A stretch of 55,715 bases of DNA. It comes from Patescibacteria group bacterium. GTDB lineage: Bacteria; Patescibacteriota; Patescibacteriia; DYGC01. The notes beneath the pieces were generated by a model. The model worked only from the letters and a program-made list of their open reading frames with translations. It searched no databases and had not been told where the DNA came from. The translations under genes were made by a program, and so were the position numbers. Where the stretch lies: the NCBI GenBank assembly GCA_036769805.1, contig DAIPKK010000001.1:1-55715 (forward strand), in the 5' to 3' direction. Below, in pieces: positions 16,298 through 25,512 of this stretch (its first letter is position 1; each line of letters starts with the position of its first letter).

Positions 16298-18310
16298 ATG
16301 TTATTAAACAAAAATCAAAAAATAAAAGCCAAACAATATTTACCACCGCTGTCGTCCCCCAAAGACGCCCCTCATTGGTTGTTGGGTGGTTTAATCGCCA
16401 TTTTTAAGGGTGTTACTTATTTGTTGTGGGTTTTGATTGGCGTGGCTTTGTTGGCGTTGATTGCTTTGTTGATTTGGACGGCGCCGCAGTGGCGAGATGG
16501 CGCCAATTTATATTTATCTTTAACCGAGGGACGATATTTTGTCACGCAAACTTTGAACGCTTTAAATGAAAAAGATTACACGGCGGCGGCGGAGTATTCG
16601 GCATCGGCCGGCCAAGCGTGGGAGCGGAGTTACAAAATCGTGGAGGATTTTTCTTTGCCGAAATTTGTGGTTTTGGAAAATTATCGGCGGGTTGGTTTGA
16701 GCGGTTTGCAATCCTTGGAACATTTGACTGACGCTTTGAGTTTGGGTACAAAATTTTTCGCGGACATTTATGCCGGTTATGAAAATTATCAGGAAATTTC
16801 TTTTAATCAAATTCCAACTGAAGATCGCCGACAATTATTGGCAAAATTATCCGCCAGTCCGGAAGTGATTTTGCAAATCCGTGATCATATTAATTTGGCT
16901 TTGTTATCAATGTATCAAATTGATGAAGATAAATTTTTCGGACCATGGGGTGAATATTTGCGTTTCGTAAAAATAAAATTATTGGATGCCAATGAAATTT
17001 TGAATTTCGCTTATCAGGCGGCGCGCGTTTTGCCGAGCGTCGCCGGTTATCCGCAAGAAAAACAGTATTTGTTTTTGTTGCAAAATCCTTGGGAGTTGCG
17101 TCCGACCGGTGGTTTTATCGGCACTTATGGAATTTTAAAAGTGAAAGACGGGGAAATCGTGGAATTTAAAACTCATGATGTTTATTCTTTGGACAATCCC
17201 GCGACCGACGCCGGTTTTAAGGCCGAGCCCCCACAGCCGATCAAGGATTATTTGGTGAATACGTATTTTTTCCGTGACGCCAATTGGTCACCGGATTTTC
17301 CGACCAGTGCTTATACTTTATTGCGTTTTTATGAAGATGAAAAAAAGATTATCGGTGAAACGTCCCCGAATTTTGATGGCGTGATTGCCGTGACGCCGCG
17401 TTTGATTGAAAGTTTATTGTTGCTTTTGGGTGGTTTGGAGGTGGAGGGAGAAAAATATTCGGCGGAAAACTTTACTGAGTTGTTGCAGTATAAAGTGGAA
17501 GTGGATTGGCACCAGCAGGGCTTGCAGGTTGATGAACGCAAGAACGTGGTAGCGGATATTGCCATCGCTTTGAAAGAACGTTTGTTCTCTTTACCATTCA
17601 GTGATTTACAAAAAGTGATTTTGTTGACCGTGGAATTGTTAAATGAAAAAGAAATTTTAATGTATTTTAAAGATCCTTTGGCCATGGATATCGTGCGCAG
17701 CAATGATTGGACCGGTGAAGTGCAGAGTGTTAACGGTGATTATTTGTTCGTGGTGGATACCAATCTCGCCAGTTTGAAAACCGATGAGGTGATGGAAAAA
17801 ACTTTGTCCTATAAGTTAGTGGAGAAGGATGGAAAACTGTTGGCCACCGCCGCCATGACTTACCAAAATAATGGAACGTTCACTTGGAAGCATACGCGTT
17901 TAAATTCATTTACGCGTTTCTATGTGCCAAAGGGCAGTAAATTGATTTCTTCCAGCGGGCAAATGAAGAAGGATCGCTCCAAGGAAATCGGTAAGGTGGA
18001 GACAAGCGAGGAGTTTGGAAAAACCGTGTTTGGCGCGTTTATTTCCATTGAGCCCGGACAAACCAAAACTTTGTCTTTGACTTATGAATTGCCTGATTAT
18101 GTTTATCAACAATATTTAGCGGGTCAATATTCATTATTGATTCAGAAACAACCCGGCACCACCAATCGTTTGAACTTGGAATTCCCCAATACCGATTTGG
18201 GCCGAAGTTTCCAAGCGATCAGTCCGATTATCGTCAATCAAAAAAATGATTCCCAATATTCTTACCAAGCGGTTTTGAATCAAGATTTTGAAGGGATGAT
18301 GGGGCGGTAA
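16298..18310 (+). CDS. DUF4012-like membrane-anchored extracytoplasmic protein
   Basis: N-terminal TM helix. Signature LLQNPWELRPTGGFIGTYG, as I recall for DUF4012. Adjacent to GT genes. Confidence 0.6.
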   Translation: MLLNKNQKIKAKQYLPPLSSPKDAPHWLLGGLIAIFKGVTYLLWVLIGVALLALIALLIWTAPQWRDGANLYLSLTEGRYFVTQTLNALNEKDYTAAAEYSASAGQAWERSYKIVEDFSLPKFVVLENYRRVGLSGLQSLEHLTDALSLGTKFFADIYAGYENYQEISFNQIPTEDRRQLLAKLSASPEVILQIRDHINLALLSMYQIDEDKFFGPWGEYLRFVKIKLLDANEILNFAYQAARVLPSVAGYPQEKQYLFLLQNPWELRPTGGFIGTYGILKVKDGEIVEFKTHDVYSLDNPATDAGFKAEPPQPIKDYLVNTYFFRDANWSPDFPTSAYTLLRFYEDEKKIIGETSPNFDGVIAVTPRLIESLLLLLGGLEVEGEKYSAENFTELLQYKVEVDWHQQGLQVDERKNVVADIAIALKERLFSLPFSDLQKVILLTVELLNEKEILMYFKDPLAMDIVRSNDWTGEVQSVNGDYLFVVDTNLASLKTDEVMEKTLSYKLVEKDGKLLATAAMTYQNNGTFTWKHTRLNSFTRFYVPKGSKLISSSGQMKKDRSKEIGKVETSEEFGKTVFGAFISIEPGQTKTLSLTYELPDYVYQQYLAGQYSLLIQKQPGTTNRLNLEFPNTDLGRSFQAISPIIVNQKNDSQYSYQAVLNQDFEGMMGR

Positions 18311-18326
18311 AAAGATAAAAATATTT

Positions 18327-18355
18327 TTGACAATTTTTTCTCAAAATGATAAATT
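18327..18355 (+). promoter_or_regulatory. sigma70-type promoter
   Basis: TTGACA, 17-nt spacer, extended -10 TGaTAAATT. Confidence 0.55.
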
Positions 18356-18408
18356 ATCTTTAACTGATAATTTAAATCAGTTTGATCTAATTATTAAAAA
18401 ACACGGCA

Positions 18409-18732
18409 ATGACTGATAATGTCATGGATCAAAATTTTTTGGAATTCATTGTGAAGACCATTGTTGCTCATCCGGAAGATGTGCAAATTGATCGCACAGT
18501 TGATGAACGAGGCGTTTTATTGACTTTAAAGATTAATCCGGCCGACATGGGCTTTGTGATTGGTCGTCAAGGACAAACCGCTCGCGCTATTCGAACTTTA
18601 TTGAAGATCGTTGGCGCCCGCAACAACGCTCGCGTTAATTTGAAGATTTATGATCCAAATCGAAGCGAAGGTTCTCATTATGACAATGGGAATGGCATGA
18701 GCCACGATGATATGGATGATTTGAAAATCTAA
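18409..18732 (+). CDS. khpA: KH-domain RNA-binding protein (KhpA/YlqC family) with C-terminal tail
   Basis: HPEDVQID...LTLKINPADMGFVIGRQGQTARAIRTLL matches the UPF0109 KH core. Confidence 0.8.
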   Translation: MTDNVMDQNFLEFIVKTIVAHPEDVQIDRTVDERGVLLTLKINPADMGFVIGRQGQTARAIRTLLKIVGARNNARVNLKIYDPNRSEGSHYDNGNGMSHDDMDDLKI

Positions 18733-18757
18733 GAACAATTTGTTTCTTTGATAGAAA

Positions 18758-18786
18758 ACACCTCGTTTGTGCGGGGTGTTTTTGTT
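18758..18786 (+). terminator. intrinsic terminator
   Basis: ACACCTCG-TTTGTG-CGGGGTGT hairpin followed by TTTTTGTTT. Confidence 0.65.
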
Positions 18787-18789
18787 TAT

Positions 18790-18818
18790 TTGCCAATTCC
18801 CATATTTTTCGCAATAAT
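18790..18818 (+). promoter_or_regulatory. sigma70-type promoter
   Basis: TTGCCA, 17-nt spacer, AATAAT. Confidence 0.45.
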
Positions 18819-18843
18819 AAACAAAACGTTTAATTTTTTTATC

Positions 18844-19416
18844 ATGAAATTTTTCAAGGAAATCTTCAAAGAACACGCTCGGCTTTTCTGGATTTTATTG
18901 GCGGTTTTTGTTTTGGGAATACTTTCCGTGTTCATCATTGGTGAGTCTACAAAGACTGAGTTGCTGAAAGCGGTGGCGCAAAAAATGTTGGAAGAGTTAC
19001 CGGCCGACGCGCGGGGGTGGCCGTTATTTTTGTATATTTGGCAAAACAACATTCAGGTTTTGGCAATCACTTGGTTGTTTTCCTTCTTGTTGTTTGTACC
19101 GTTCTTGATAGAATATCTTAACGGTTTGGTGATTAGCGTGGTGGTCGCTTACAGTTTATCATCAATCACTTGGAGTAAGGCGGCGCTGATGATTTTACCG
19201 CACGGCATTTTTGAATTATTATTCTTTTTTGTAGGGGCGTGGTTGGCATTGTTGTTTTGGTTGAAAATTTATTTGCCGAAAAAATATTTGCCGGAGTTGA
19301 CGCGTTGGCAATTCATCAAGCGAATTTCTTTGGGATTTGTTATAATTATAGTTGGTTTGGGCGTGAGTGCCGCCATCGAAGCGTGGCTGACGCCGTTTTT
19401 AGCGGGAGTAAATTAA
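18844..19416 (+). CDS. SpoIIM/DUF95-family membrane protein
   Basis: Multi-TM protein with the LPHGIFELLFFF signature. Start moved to the ATG at 18844, downstream of the terminator and promoter. Confidence 0.6.
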   Translation: MKFFKEIFKEHARLFWILLAVFVLGILSVFIIGESTKTELLKAVAQKMLEELPADARGWPLFLYIWQNNIQVLAITWLFSFLLFVPFLIEYLNGLVISVVVAYSLSSITWSKAALMILPHGIFELLFFFVGAWLALLFWLKIYLPKKYLPELTRWQFIKRISLGFVIIIVGLGVSAAIEAWLTPFLAGVN

Positions 19417-19426
19417 TTTTAAAAAT

Positions 19427-20092
19427 ATGAAAAAATTACATTTGGTTTTTTTGACGATTTTTCCGGAAAGCTTAAAAGCGTATTTTGATTGCGGAATGAT
19501 GCGCATCGCCCAGGATAAAAAAATCGTTCAGGTTGATTACGTGGATATTCGGGATTTTTCAGCGGACAAGCACCGCCACGTGGACGATACACCTTACGGG
19601 GGCGGAGCGGGCATGGTAATGCAAGTGGGGCCGGTTTATAAAGCCTGGAAGAGTATTCGTAAAAAGAAAAAAACAGCGACCGTTTTGTTGTCCGCCAAGG
19701 GCAAAGTGTGGAAACAAGCGAGCGCCCAAAAATTCAGCAAGCAATACGATCAATTGATTTTTATTTGCGGACGATATGAAGGGATTGATGAACGGGTGAT
19801 GGCTTTCGTGGATGAGGAAATTCGCATCGGCGATTACGTTTTGAGTGGTGGAGAATTGCCGGCGGGCGTGGTGGCCGATAGTATCGTTCGTTTGTTGCCC
19901 GGCGTTTTGGGGGCGTCAGAATCTTTATCCGAGGAATCACATAACGTGGAAGGGGTTTTGGAATATCCGCAATATACCAAGCCGGCTGAAGTAAAAATCG
20001 GGAAGAAAGTTTATACCGTGCCTAAGGTTTTATTGGGCGGAAATCATCAGGAAATCGCTAAGTGGCGCGCCGGCAAGCGGGGGCTGGCCTAG
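19427..20092 (+). CDS. trmD: tRNA (guanine37-N1)-methyltransferase
   Basis: DDTPYGGGAGMVM and ICGRYEGIDERV motifs. Confidence 0.9.
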   Translation: MKKLHLVFLTIFPESLKAYFDCGMMRIAQDKKIVQVDYVDIRDFSADKHRHVDDTPYGGGAGMVMQVGPVYKAWKSIRKKKKTATVLLSAKGKVWKQASAQKFSKQYDQLIFICGRYEGIDERVMAFVDEEIRIGDYVLSGGELPAGVVADSIVRLLPGVLGASESLSEESHNVEGVLEYPQYTKPAEVKIGKKVYTVPKVLLGGNHQEIAKWRAGKRGLA

Positions 20093-20140
20093 TTTTGCTT
20101 CGTCGTCGCTTCGCGCCGTCTCGCAATGACAAGTGGTAGA

Positions 20141-20170
20141 TTGACAGTTTCGCTTTTTACAGCGTAAAAT
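20141..20170 (+). promoter_or_regulatory. sigma70-type promoter for mreB
   Basis: TTGACA, 18-nt spacer, TAAAAT. Confidence 0.5.
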
Positions 20171-20206
20171 AAGCATATTCAGTCATTTTTAAAATTAGAT
20201 AAAAAC

Positions 20207-21214
20207 ATGTTTCAGAAAAAAATAGGCATTGATTTGGGAACAACTTATACTTTGGTATATTTGCCAAAACACGGCATTGTTTTGAATGAGCCGTCCGTGG
20301 TGGCGATTTCTTTGATTGATCGTCAGATTTTGGCGGTCGGCAACGACGCCAAGGAAATGTTGGGCCGCACGCCCGATTCCATTGTCGCTTATCGTCCTTT
20401 AAAAGACGGTGTGATTGCCGATTATCGTACGACTGAGGTAATGTTGCGTTATTTCATCAATAAAGCGATGGGTGGTTTTAGATTGTTTCGTCCGGAAGTG
20501 ATGGTGTCCGTGCCGGCCGGCATTACGTCCGCCGAAAAGCGCGCCGTGATTGATGCCGTGATTGCGGCCGGCGCCAAAGCCGCGTATATCATTAAAGAAC
20601 CGTTGGCGGCGGCGATTGGCGCCAATATTCCGATTGGCGGGGCGAGCGGCCACATGATTGTGAACATCGGGGGCGGTACTTCAGAAATTGCGGTGATTGC
20701 TTTGGGGGGTATTGTTACCAGTGTTTCCGTGCGCATCGGTGGAAATAAATTGGATCAAGCGGTGGTTCGTCATATTAAGAAAAAATATAATTTGGCGGTG
20801 GGGGATCAAACCGCGGAACATATTAAAATTGAAATCGGTTCGGCCATGTATTTGGATGATGAATTGTTTATGGACGTGAACGGACGGGATATGGTGACCG
20901 GTTTGCCGAAAACCGTGCGTTTGAGTTCCAATGACATCACCGACGCTTTGCAACCGGAATTGACCGGAATCGTGCAAGCGGTGAAATCGGTTTTGCAGAA
21001 CACGCCACCGGAATTGGCGGCGGATGTGATGGATAAAGGAATGATTTTATCGGGTGGCAGCAGTCAGTTGCGCAATATGGATAAATTGTTGCATCGCGCC
21101 ACCGGCGTGCCGGCGTATATCGCCGAGGACGCGCCATTGTGCGTGGTGAAGGGAACCGGTTTGACTTTGGATAATTTGGAATTGTATCGTCGCAGTATTT
21201 TGGCGACCAAATAA
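20207..21214 (+). CDS. mreB: rod-shape-determining actin homologue MreB
   Basis: IGIDLGTTYT phosphate-1 motif, NIGGGTSEIAV, and LSGGSSQLRN. Full length, about 335 aa. Confidence 0.9.
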   Translation: MFQKKIGIDLGTTYTLVYLPKHGIVLNEPSVVAISLIDRQILAVGNDAKEMLGRTPDSIVAYRPLKDGVIADYRTTEVMLRYFINKAMGGFRLFRPEVMVSVPAGITSAEKRAVIDAVIAAGAKAAYIIKEPLAAAIGANIPIGGASGHMIVNIGGGTSEIAVIALGGIVTSVSVRIGGNKLDQAVVRHIKKKYNLAVGDQTAEHIKIEIGSAMYLDDELFMDVNGRDMVTGLPKTVRLSSNDITDALQPELTGIVQAVKSVLQNTPPELAADVMDKGMILSGGSSQLRNMDKLLHRATGVPAYIAEDAPLCVVKGTGLTLDNLELYRRSILATK

Positions 21215-21233
21215 TTTTTTGAAAATAAAAATC

Positions 21234-22370
21234 ATGAGAATCGGCATTAACGGGGCCTGTCTGTGGAACACGGCCAAAACCGGCGTGGAGTGGTACGCGG
21301 TGCTCTTGTTGGAAAATTTAAAAGATTTGCCGGAAAGTCAAAATCATCAATTTTTTATTTATTATCCGGAAAAGTTAGGAGAGGGTGATGTCGCCTGGCA
21401 AAAAAAGTTTCCGAGTAATTGGCATTTTGTCGGCGTGAAATGGTGGTTTAAATATTTTTGGACACAGTTGGCCTTGCCTCGTCAGTTGAAAAAAGACAAG
21501 ATTGATTTGTTGTTCGTGCCGGCGCATGTCATTCCTTTTTTGTATAAAGGCAAAGCGGTAATGACCGTGCATGATTTGGCTTTTAAATATTTTACCAGCG
21601 CTTATTCCGCCAAGGAGTTGAAGTATCAAGATTGGGCAGTAAAGTCCGCGATTAAAAAAGGCGCGGATTTTTTAGTGCCATCAAAAACCACGCAAGACGA
21701 TTTGTTGAATTTTTACGGCGTGGCCCAGGAGCGCGTGCATTTGGTTTATCATGGCTTTGATTATCACAATTTCAAAAAGGATGTGAGTGGCTGGGCGGAT
21801 TTACGAGCCAAGCATCAACTGAAAGAGAAATATTTTGTGACTGTCGGTCGCGTGGAAAATAAGAAAAATAATTTGAACATGATTAAGGCGTTTGAGCTTT
21901 TCAAAAAAGAAAGTGGTGATCAGGATTACCAATTGGTGTTTTTGATGGGGAAGCCCGGTTTTGGTTATGAACAAATCAGAGAATACGCCGAGCAAAGTGA
22001 GTTCAAAAATGATATTAAATTTTTGGGGTATTTGAGTCGGGCGGAATTGAAAACCGCTTTGTCCGGGGCGCGTGTCTTTTTGTTTCCGTCTTTGTATGAA
22101 GGTTTTGGTTTTCCGATTTTGGAAGCGATGGCGGTGGAGTTGCCGGTAATTACCAGCAATTACGGGGCGATGGCGGAAATCGCCGGCGATGGCGCGGTTT
22201 TGGTTGATCCGTTAAATATCAATGATTTGGCGAGTGCCATGAAAAATTTGGCATTTGATGAATCATTAAGACAAGCTTTGATTGCCAAAGCCAATTTGAT
22301 TTTACCTAAATTCACTTGGGAAAACGCTGCTGAGTTGACAATGAAGGCGTTTTTAAAAATAAATGATTAG
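21234..22370 (+). CDS. family-4 (GT-B) glycosyltransferase
   Basis: C-terminal PSLYEGFGFPILEAMA (E-x7-E region). Confidence 0.75.
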   Translation: MRIGINGACLWNTAKTGVEWYAVLLLENLKDLPESQNHQFFIYYPEKLGEGDVAWQKKFPSNWHFVGVKWWFKYFWTQLALPRQLKKDKIDLLFVPAHVIPFLYKGKAVMTVHDLAFKYFTSAYSAKELKYQDWAVKSAIKKGADFLVPSKTTQDDLLNFYGVAQERVHLVYHGFDYHNFKKDVSGWADLRAKHQLKEKYFVTVGRVENKKNNLNMIKAFELFKKESGDQDYQLVFLMGKPGFGYEQIREYAEQSEFKNDIKFLGYLSRAELKTALSGARVFLFPSLYEGFGFPILEAMAVELPVITSNYGAMAEIAGDGAVLVDPLNINDLASAMKNLAFDESLRQALIAKANLILPKFTWENAAELTMKAFLKIND

Positions 22371-23391
22371 TATGAAAGCGTGGTCACCGTTCAGTAAATA
22401 TTTTTATCAGGAAATCGTTGATTATTTTGATCGAGTTTTGGCATCGGAAAAATGGCATCACGCTTATTTGTTTACGGGGAAAAGCGAGTCCGGTTTGGGG
22501 CGCGTGGCGCGCGAGGCGGCTTTGACTTTTATTTTGCATGGTTTGGATGACGATTATGGCGCCAAAGTGCAGTGGCAATTTGAAAAAGGTTCTTATGCCG
22601 ATTTTTATGTTTTGGAGCGCGAATATGATCAGAAAAACAAGAAGTTGAATCAAAATATCAGTATTGAGCAAGTGCGTGATTTGCGGGAAAAATTAAGTCA
22701 AAAATCGTTTTTGAGTTTGCCTAAGGTGGTGTTGATTAAGGACGCCGAGCTTTTGAATACCGACTCAGCCAACGCTTTGTTGAAAATTTTGGAAGAACCG
22801 CCGGCTCGCACCATGTTTTTCATGTTGGCCAATAATCGCGAGCAGGTTTTGCCGACTTTACTATCGCGCAGCCAGTCTTTTTCTTTTAAAAGCCGTCCTT
22901 TGCCGTTGATTAAAAAATATTTATTGGATGTTTATCAAATCAATAATGAATTGGCGGAAAACATCGCCCACTTGTCAGCCGGTTTGCCGGAGCGGGCCTT
23001 GCGTTATTGCGAAAATCGGGAAATTTATGAGCATTACTTGGAAAAAGTTGATCAGGCTTTGAATTTATTTGAGAATTTTTATGCTGATCGTTTTGCCGCC
23101 ATGCAGTCCATGATTATGGAAAAAGCCAAGGATTATAACAGCCAAAAAGCGCTGGCTTTAGAGCTTTTGGATTTGTTAGAAATCATATTTCGTGATATGC
23201 TATTAATTAAGAATGATTTGAAATCTTTGATTTATTTGATGCCGCGCGTCACCCGTTTGCGCGATTTGGCGCAGAAATACGAGACGGCGGCGCTGCACCT
23301 GTTTTTAAAGAAAATTCAGGACGCGCGGCTCAGTTTGACCAAAAATGTTAATTTGGCGCTAACTTTGGAAAATTTATTGATTAATTTTTAA
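22363..23391 (+). CDS. holB: DNA polymerase III delta-prime subunit
   Basis: HAYLFTG, NALLKILEEPP and LPTLLSRSQ motifs of clamp-loader AAA+ subunits, with a degenerate Walker A. Confidence 0.75.
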   Translation: MISMKAWSPFSKYFYQEIVDYFDRVLASEKWHHAYLFTGKSESGLGRVAREAALTFILHGLDDDYGAKVQWQFEKGSYADFYVLEREYDQKNKKLNQNISIEQVRDLREKLSQKSFLSLPKVVLIKDAELLNTDSANALLKILEEPPARTMFFMLANNREQVLPTLLSRSQSFSFKSRPLPLIKKYLLDVYQINNELAENIAHLSAGLPERALRYCENREIYEHYLEKVDQALNLFENFYADRFAAMQSMIMEKAKDYNSQKALALELLDLLEIIFRDMLLIKNDLKSLIYLMPRVTRLRDLAQKYETAALHLFLKKIQDARLSLTKNVNLALTLENLLINF

Positions 23392-23405
23392 TAAGCAAAA
23401 CAAAT

Positions 23406-24503
23406 ATGAAACTGCAAAAAAGTTTGTTTATCGCGCTGATCGTGGCTTTGCCGATGTTTTTAAGTGCCTGTATCGGTGGTGGGAGCAATACCAGTACCGC
23501 CGTTTTGGGGGGTATTTTTAAAACCGCAGATTTTGGTAAGACTTGGCAGGTGAAAAGTTCGGTTGCCACCGTTAAAACCGAATCGGTAAACATTAGCGGT
23601 TTGGATATTTATTCTTTGGTAAATGATCCGCAAGATGTTAATACTTTGTATATCGGGACTTCCATGGGGATGTTTTATTCCTATGATTTCGGTGAATCCT
23701 GGAACCAAACGCGCGGTTTGAAAACCGGTAAAGTTAACGGCGTGGCGGTGCATCCGAAAGAAAAATGTACTTTATTTGCCACCACCGGTCGTTATGTTTA
23801 CAAGAGTGAAGACTGCGGGCGTAGTTTTGAAAGTATTCATTATAATGATTCCCCGAGCGCCGAAGTGGATGCCATCGCGGTGGACAATTTTAACCCGGAT
23901 ATTATCTACATTGGCACCATGGATGGTGATTTGATTAAAACCATTGATGGTGGGAAAACCTGGAAAACCATGTATCGCTTTAAAAAACCGGTGCATCGCA
24001 TTGTTTTGGGTAAAGATACCAGAATCGTTTGGGCCGGTGTTTACGGTACGGGCGCGGTTTTGAGCGAAGATGGTGGTGAATCCTGGTCCGAGGATAGTGT
24101 TAAGCCGCAAAAAGAATTTAACGGGGCGCGCGACGTTCGTGATTTGGCCTATGATCCGAATAGCAATACTTTGATTACCGCCAGTAAATATGGTTTGATT
24201 AAAACTTCCGATAACGGGAAAACTTGGGAATCTTTGCCGATTTTGAGCGCTCCCGGAGAATTGGTGGTTTATTCCGTCGCTTTTAATCCGAGTAATCCGC
24301 AACAAATTGTCTATGGTACCGATCGTTCTTTCAATTACAGTAATGACGGCGGTCAAAATTGGGCGGCTTTCAAGATTCCGGCAGCCAGTTGGGTTTATTG
24401 TATTTTAGTGCAAGGTTCAGCGATAAAAGAAGGCAGTGCCGCCAGCACCGCCCCTGCCAACGCGCAAATTTTGATCGGTTTGCGCAAACCGCCGCAACAG
24501 TAG
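23406..24503 (+). CDS. lipoprotein with BNR/Ycf48-like beta-propeller repeats
   Basis: Lipobox FLSAC. Repeated D-G-G-x-[TS]-W motifs (DFGKTW, DFGESW, DGGKTW, DGGESW, DNGKTW, DGGQNW). Confidence 0.65.
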   Translation: MKLQKSLFIALIVALPMFLSACIGGGSNTSTAVLGGIFKTADFGKTWQVKSSVATVKTESVNISGLDIYSLVNDPQDVNTLYIGTSMGMFYSYDFGESWNQTRGLKTGKVNGVAVHPKEKCTLFATTGRYVYKSEDCGRSFESIHYNDSPSAEVDAIAVDNFNPDIIYIGTMDGDLIKTIDGGKTWKTMYRFKKPVHRIVLGKDTRIVWAGVYGTGAVLSEDGGESWSEDSVKPQKEFNGARDVRDLAYDPNSNTLITASKYGLIKTSDNGKTWESLPILSAPGELVVYSVAFNPSNPQQIVYGTDRSFNYSNDGGQNWAAFKIPAASWVYCILVQGSAIKEGSAASTAPANAQILIGLRKPPQQ

Positions 24504-24573
24504 TTTTTCCCTTGATTTGTCAACAAAACTTTTATAAGATAGTTTTAGATTTTAATAATAAAATTTAATATTT

Positions 24574-25119
24574 ATGTTGGAACCTTATCGACCGGAATTG
24601 GAAAAAATTCTTGAATTTACTAAGAAAAATATCAGTGTTTTGCGTACCGGACGCGCCAACGCTCAAATGTTAAACGGCGTGATGGTCAACGTTTATGGCT
24701 CTTTAATGCCGTTGGAACACGTGGCGACCATTGGCGTCCCGGAACCGCGTTTGATTACCGTCACTCCTTGGGATAAAGGCAATATGCGCGCGGTTGAAGA
24801 AGCTTTGAATAAAGCCGAATTAAACATCAATCCGGTTAATGACGGACAGATGATTCGTTTGAATATTCCCGCTTTAACCGAGGAAACTCGTAAAGATTTG
24901 GTTAAGCAGTTAAAGCAAAAGATGGAAGAATCAAAAGTGCAAGTGCGTAAGGTGCGTGAAAAAATGCGTGAAGATATCAATGAATTGGAAAAAAACAAAG
25001 AAATCAGCCAAGATGATAAATTCAGCACTTTTGACAAAATAGATAAACTGACCGGTGATTATACCAAAAAAATTGAGGAGATGGGTGAGGAAAAAGAAAA
25101 AGAAATCATGACGATTTAA
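24574..25119 (+). CDS. frr: ribosome recycling factor
   Basis: LRTGRANAQMLNGVMVNVYG...ITVTPWDK, 181 aa. Confidence 0.9.
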   Translation: MLEPYRPELEKILEFTKKNISVLRTGRANAQMLNGVMVNVYGSLMPLEHVATIGVPEPRLITVTPWDKGNMRAVEEALNKAELNINPVNDGQMIRLNIPALTEETRKDLVKQLKQKMEESKVQVRKVREKMREDINELEKNKEISQDDKFSTFDKIDKLTGDYTKKIEEMGEEKEKEIMTI

Positions 25120-25136
25120 TTCTTAAAAATAATTTC

Positions 25137-25505
25137 ATGTCCGAAGATCAACAAAAAAAAATCAAAGAAGTTTATCAACGCATTCAAGAGAATAAAGGCA
25201 AATTGAAAGAGTTAAAAAATTCCGCCAAGGATGTTTTGACCAATGATTTCAGTTATTCCAAAATGAAAGCGGAGGTGGATGAAAAACGTAAAGAATTGAA
25301 AATTTTGGAAAAGCAATTGATTACCAGCAATATGATCAATTATGATCAGATGGAAAATTTTAAAATTGACATTAAAACCGATGAGGAATTGTTGAAGGAT
25401 ATTGCTTTGTCATTGTTGATGAAAAATGAACAGGTGGAGTTGGTGGATAAGTATGAAAATAAATATATTCCCGAATTGAAAGTGGCTTTTAAGAGAATTA
25501 ACTAA
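25137..25505 (+). CDS. hypothetical coiled-coil protein
   Basis: 122-aa Lys/Glu-rich ORF between frr and glyQS. No motif recognised. Confidence 0.45.
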   Translation: MSEDQQKKIKEVYQRIQENKGKLKELKNSAKDVLTNDFSYSKMKAEVDEKRKELKILEKQLITSNMINYDQMENFKIDIKTDEELLKDIALSLLMKNEQVELVDKYENKYIPELKVAFKRIN

Positions 25506-25512
25506 TATTTTT

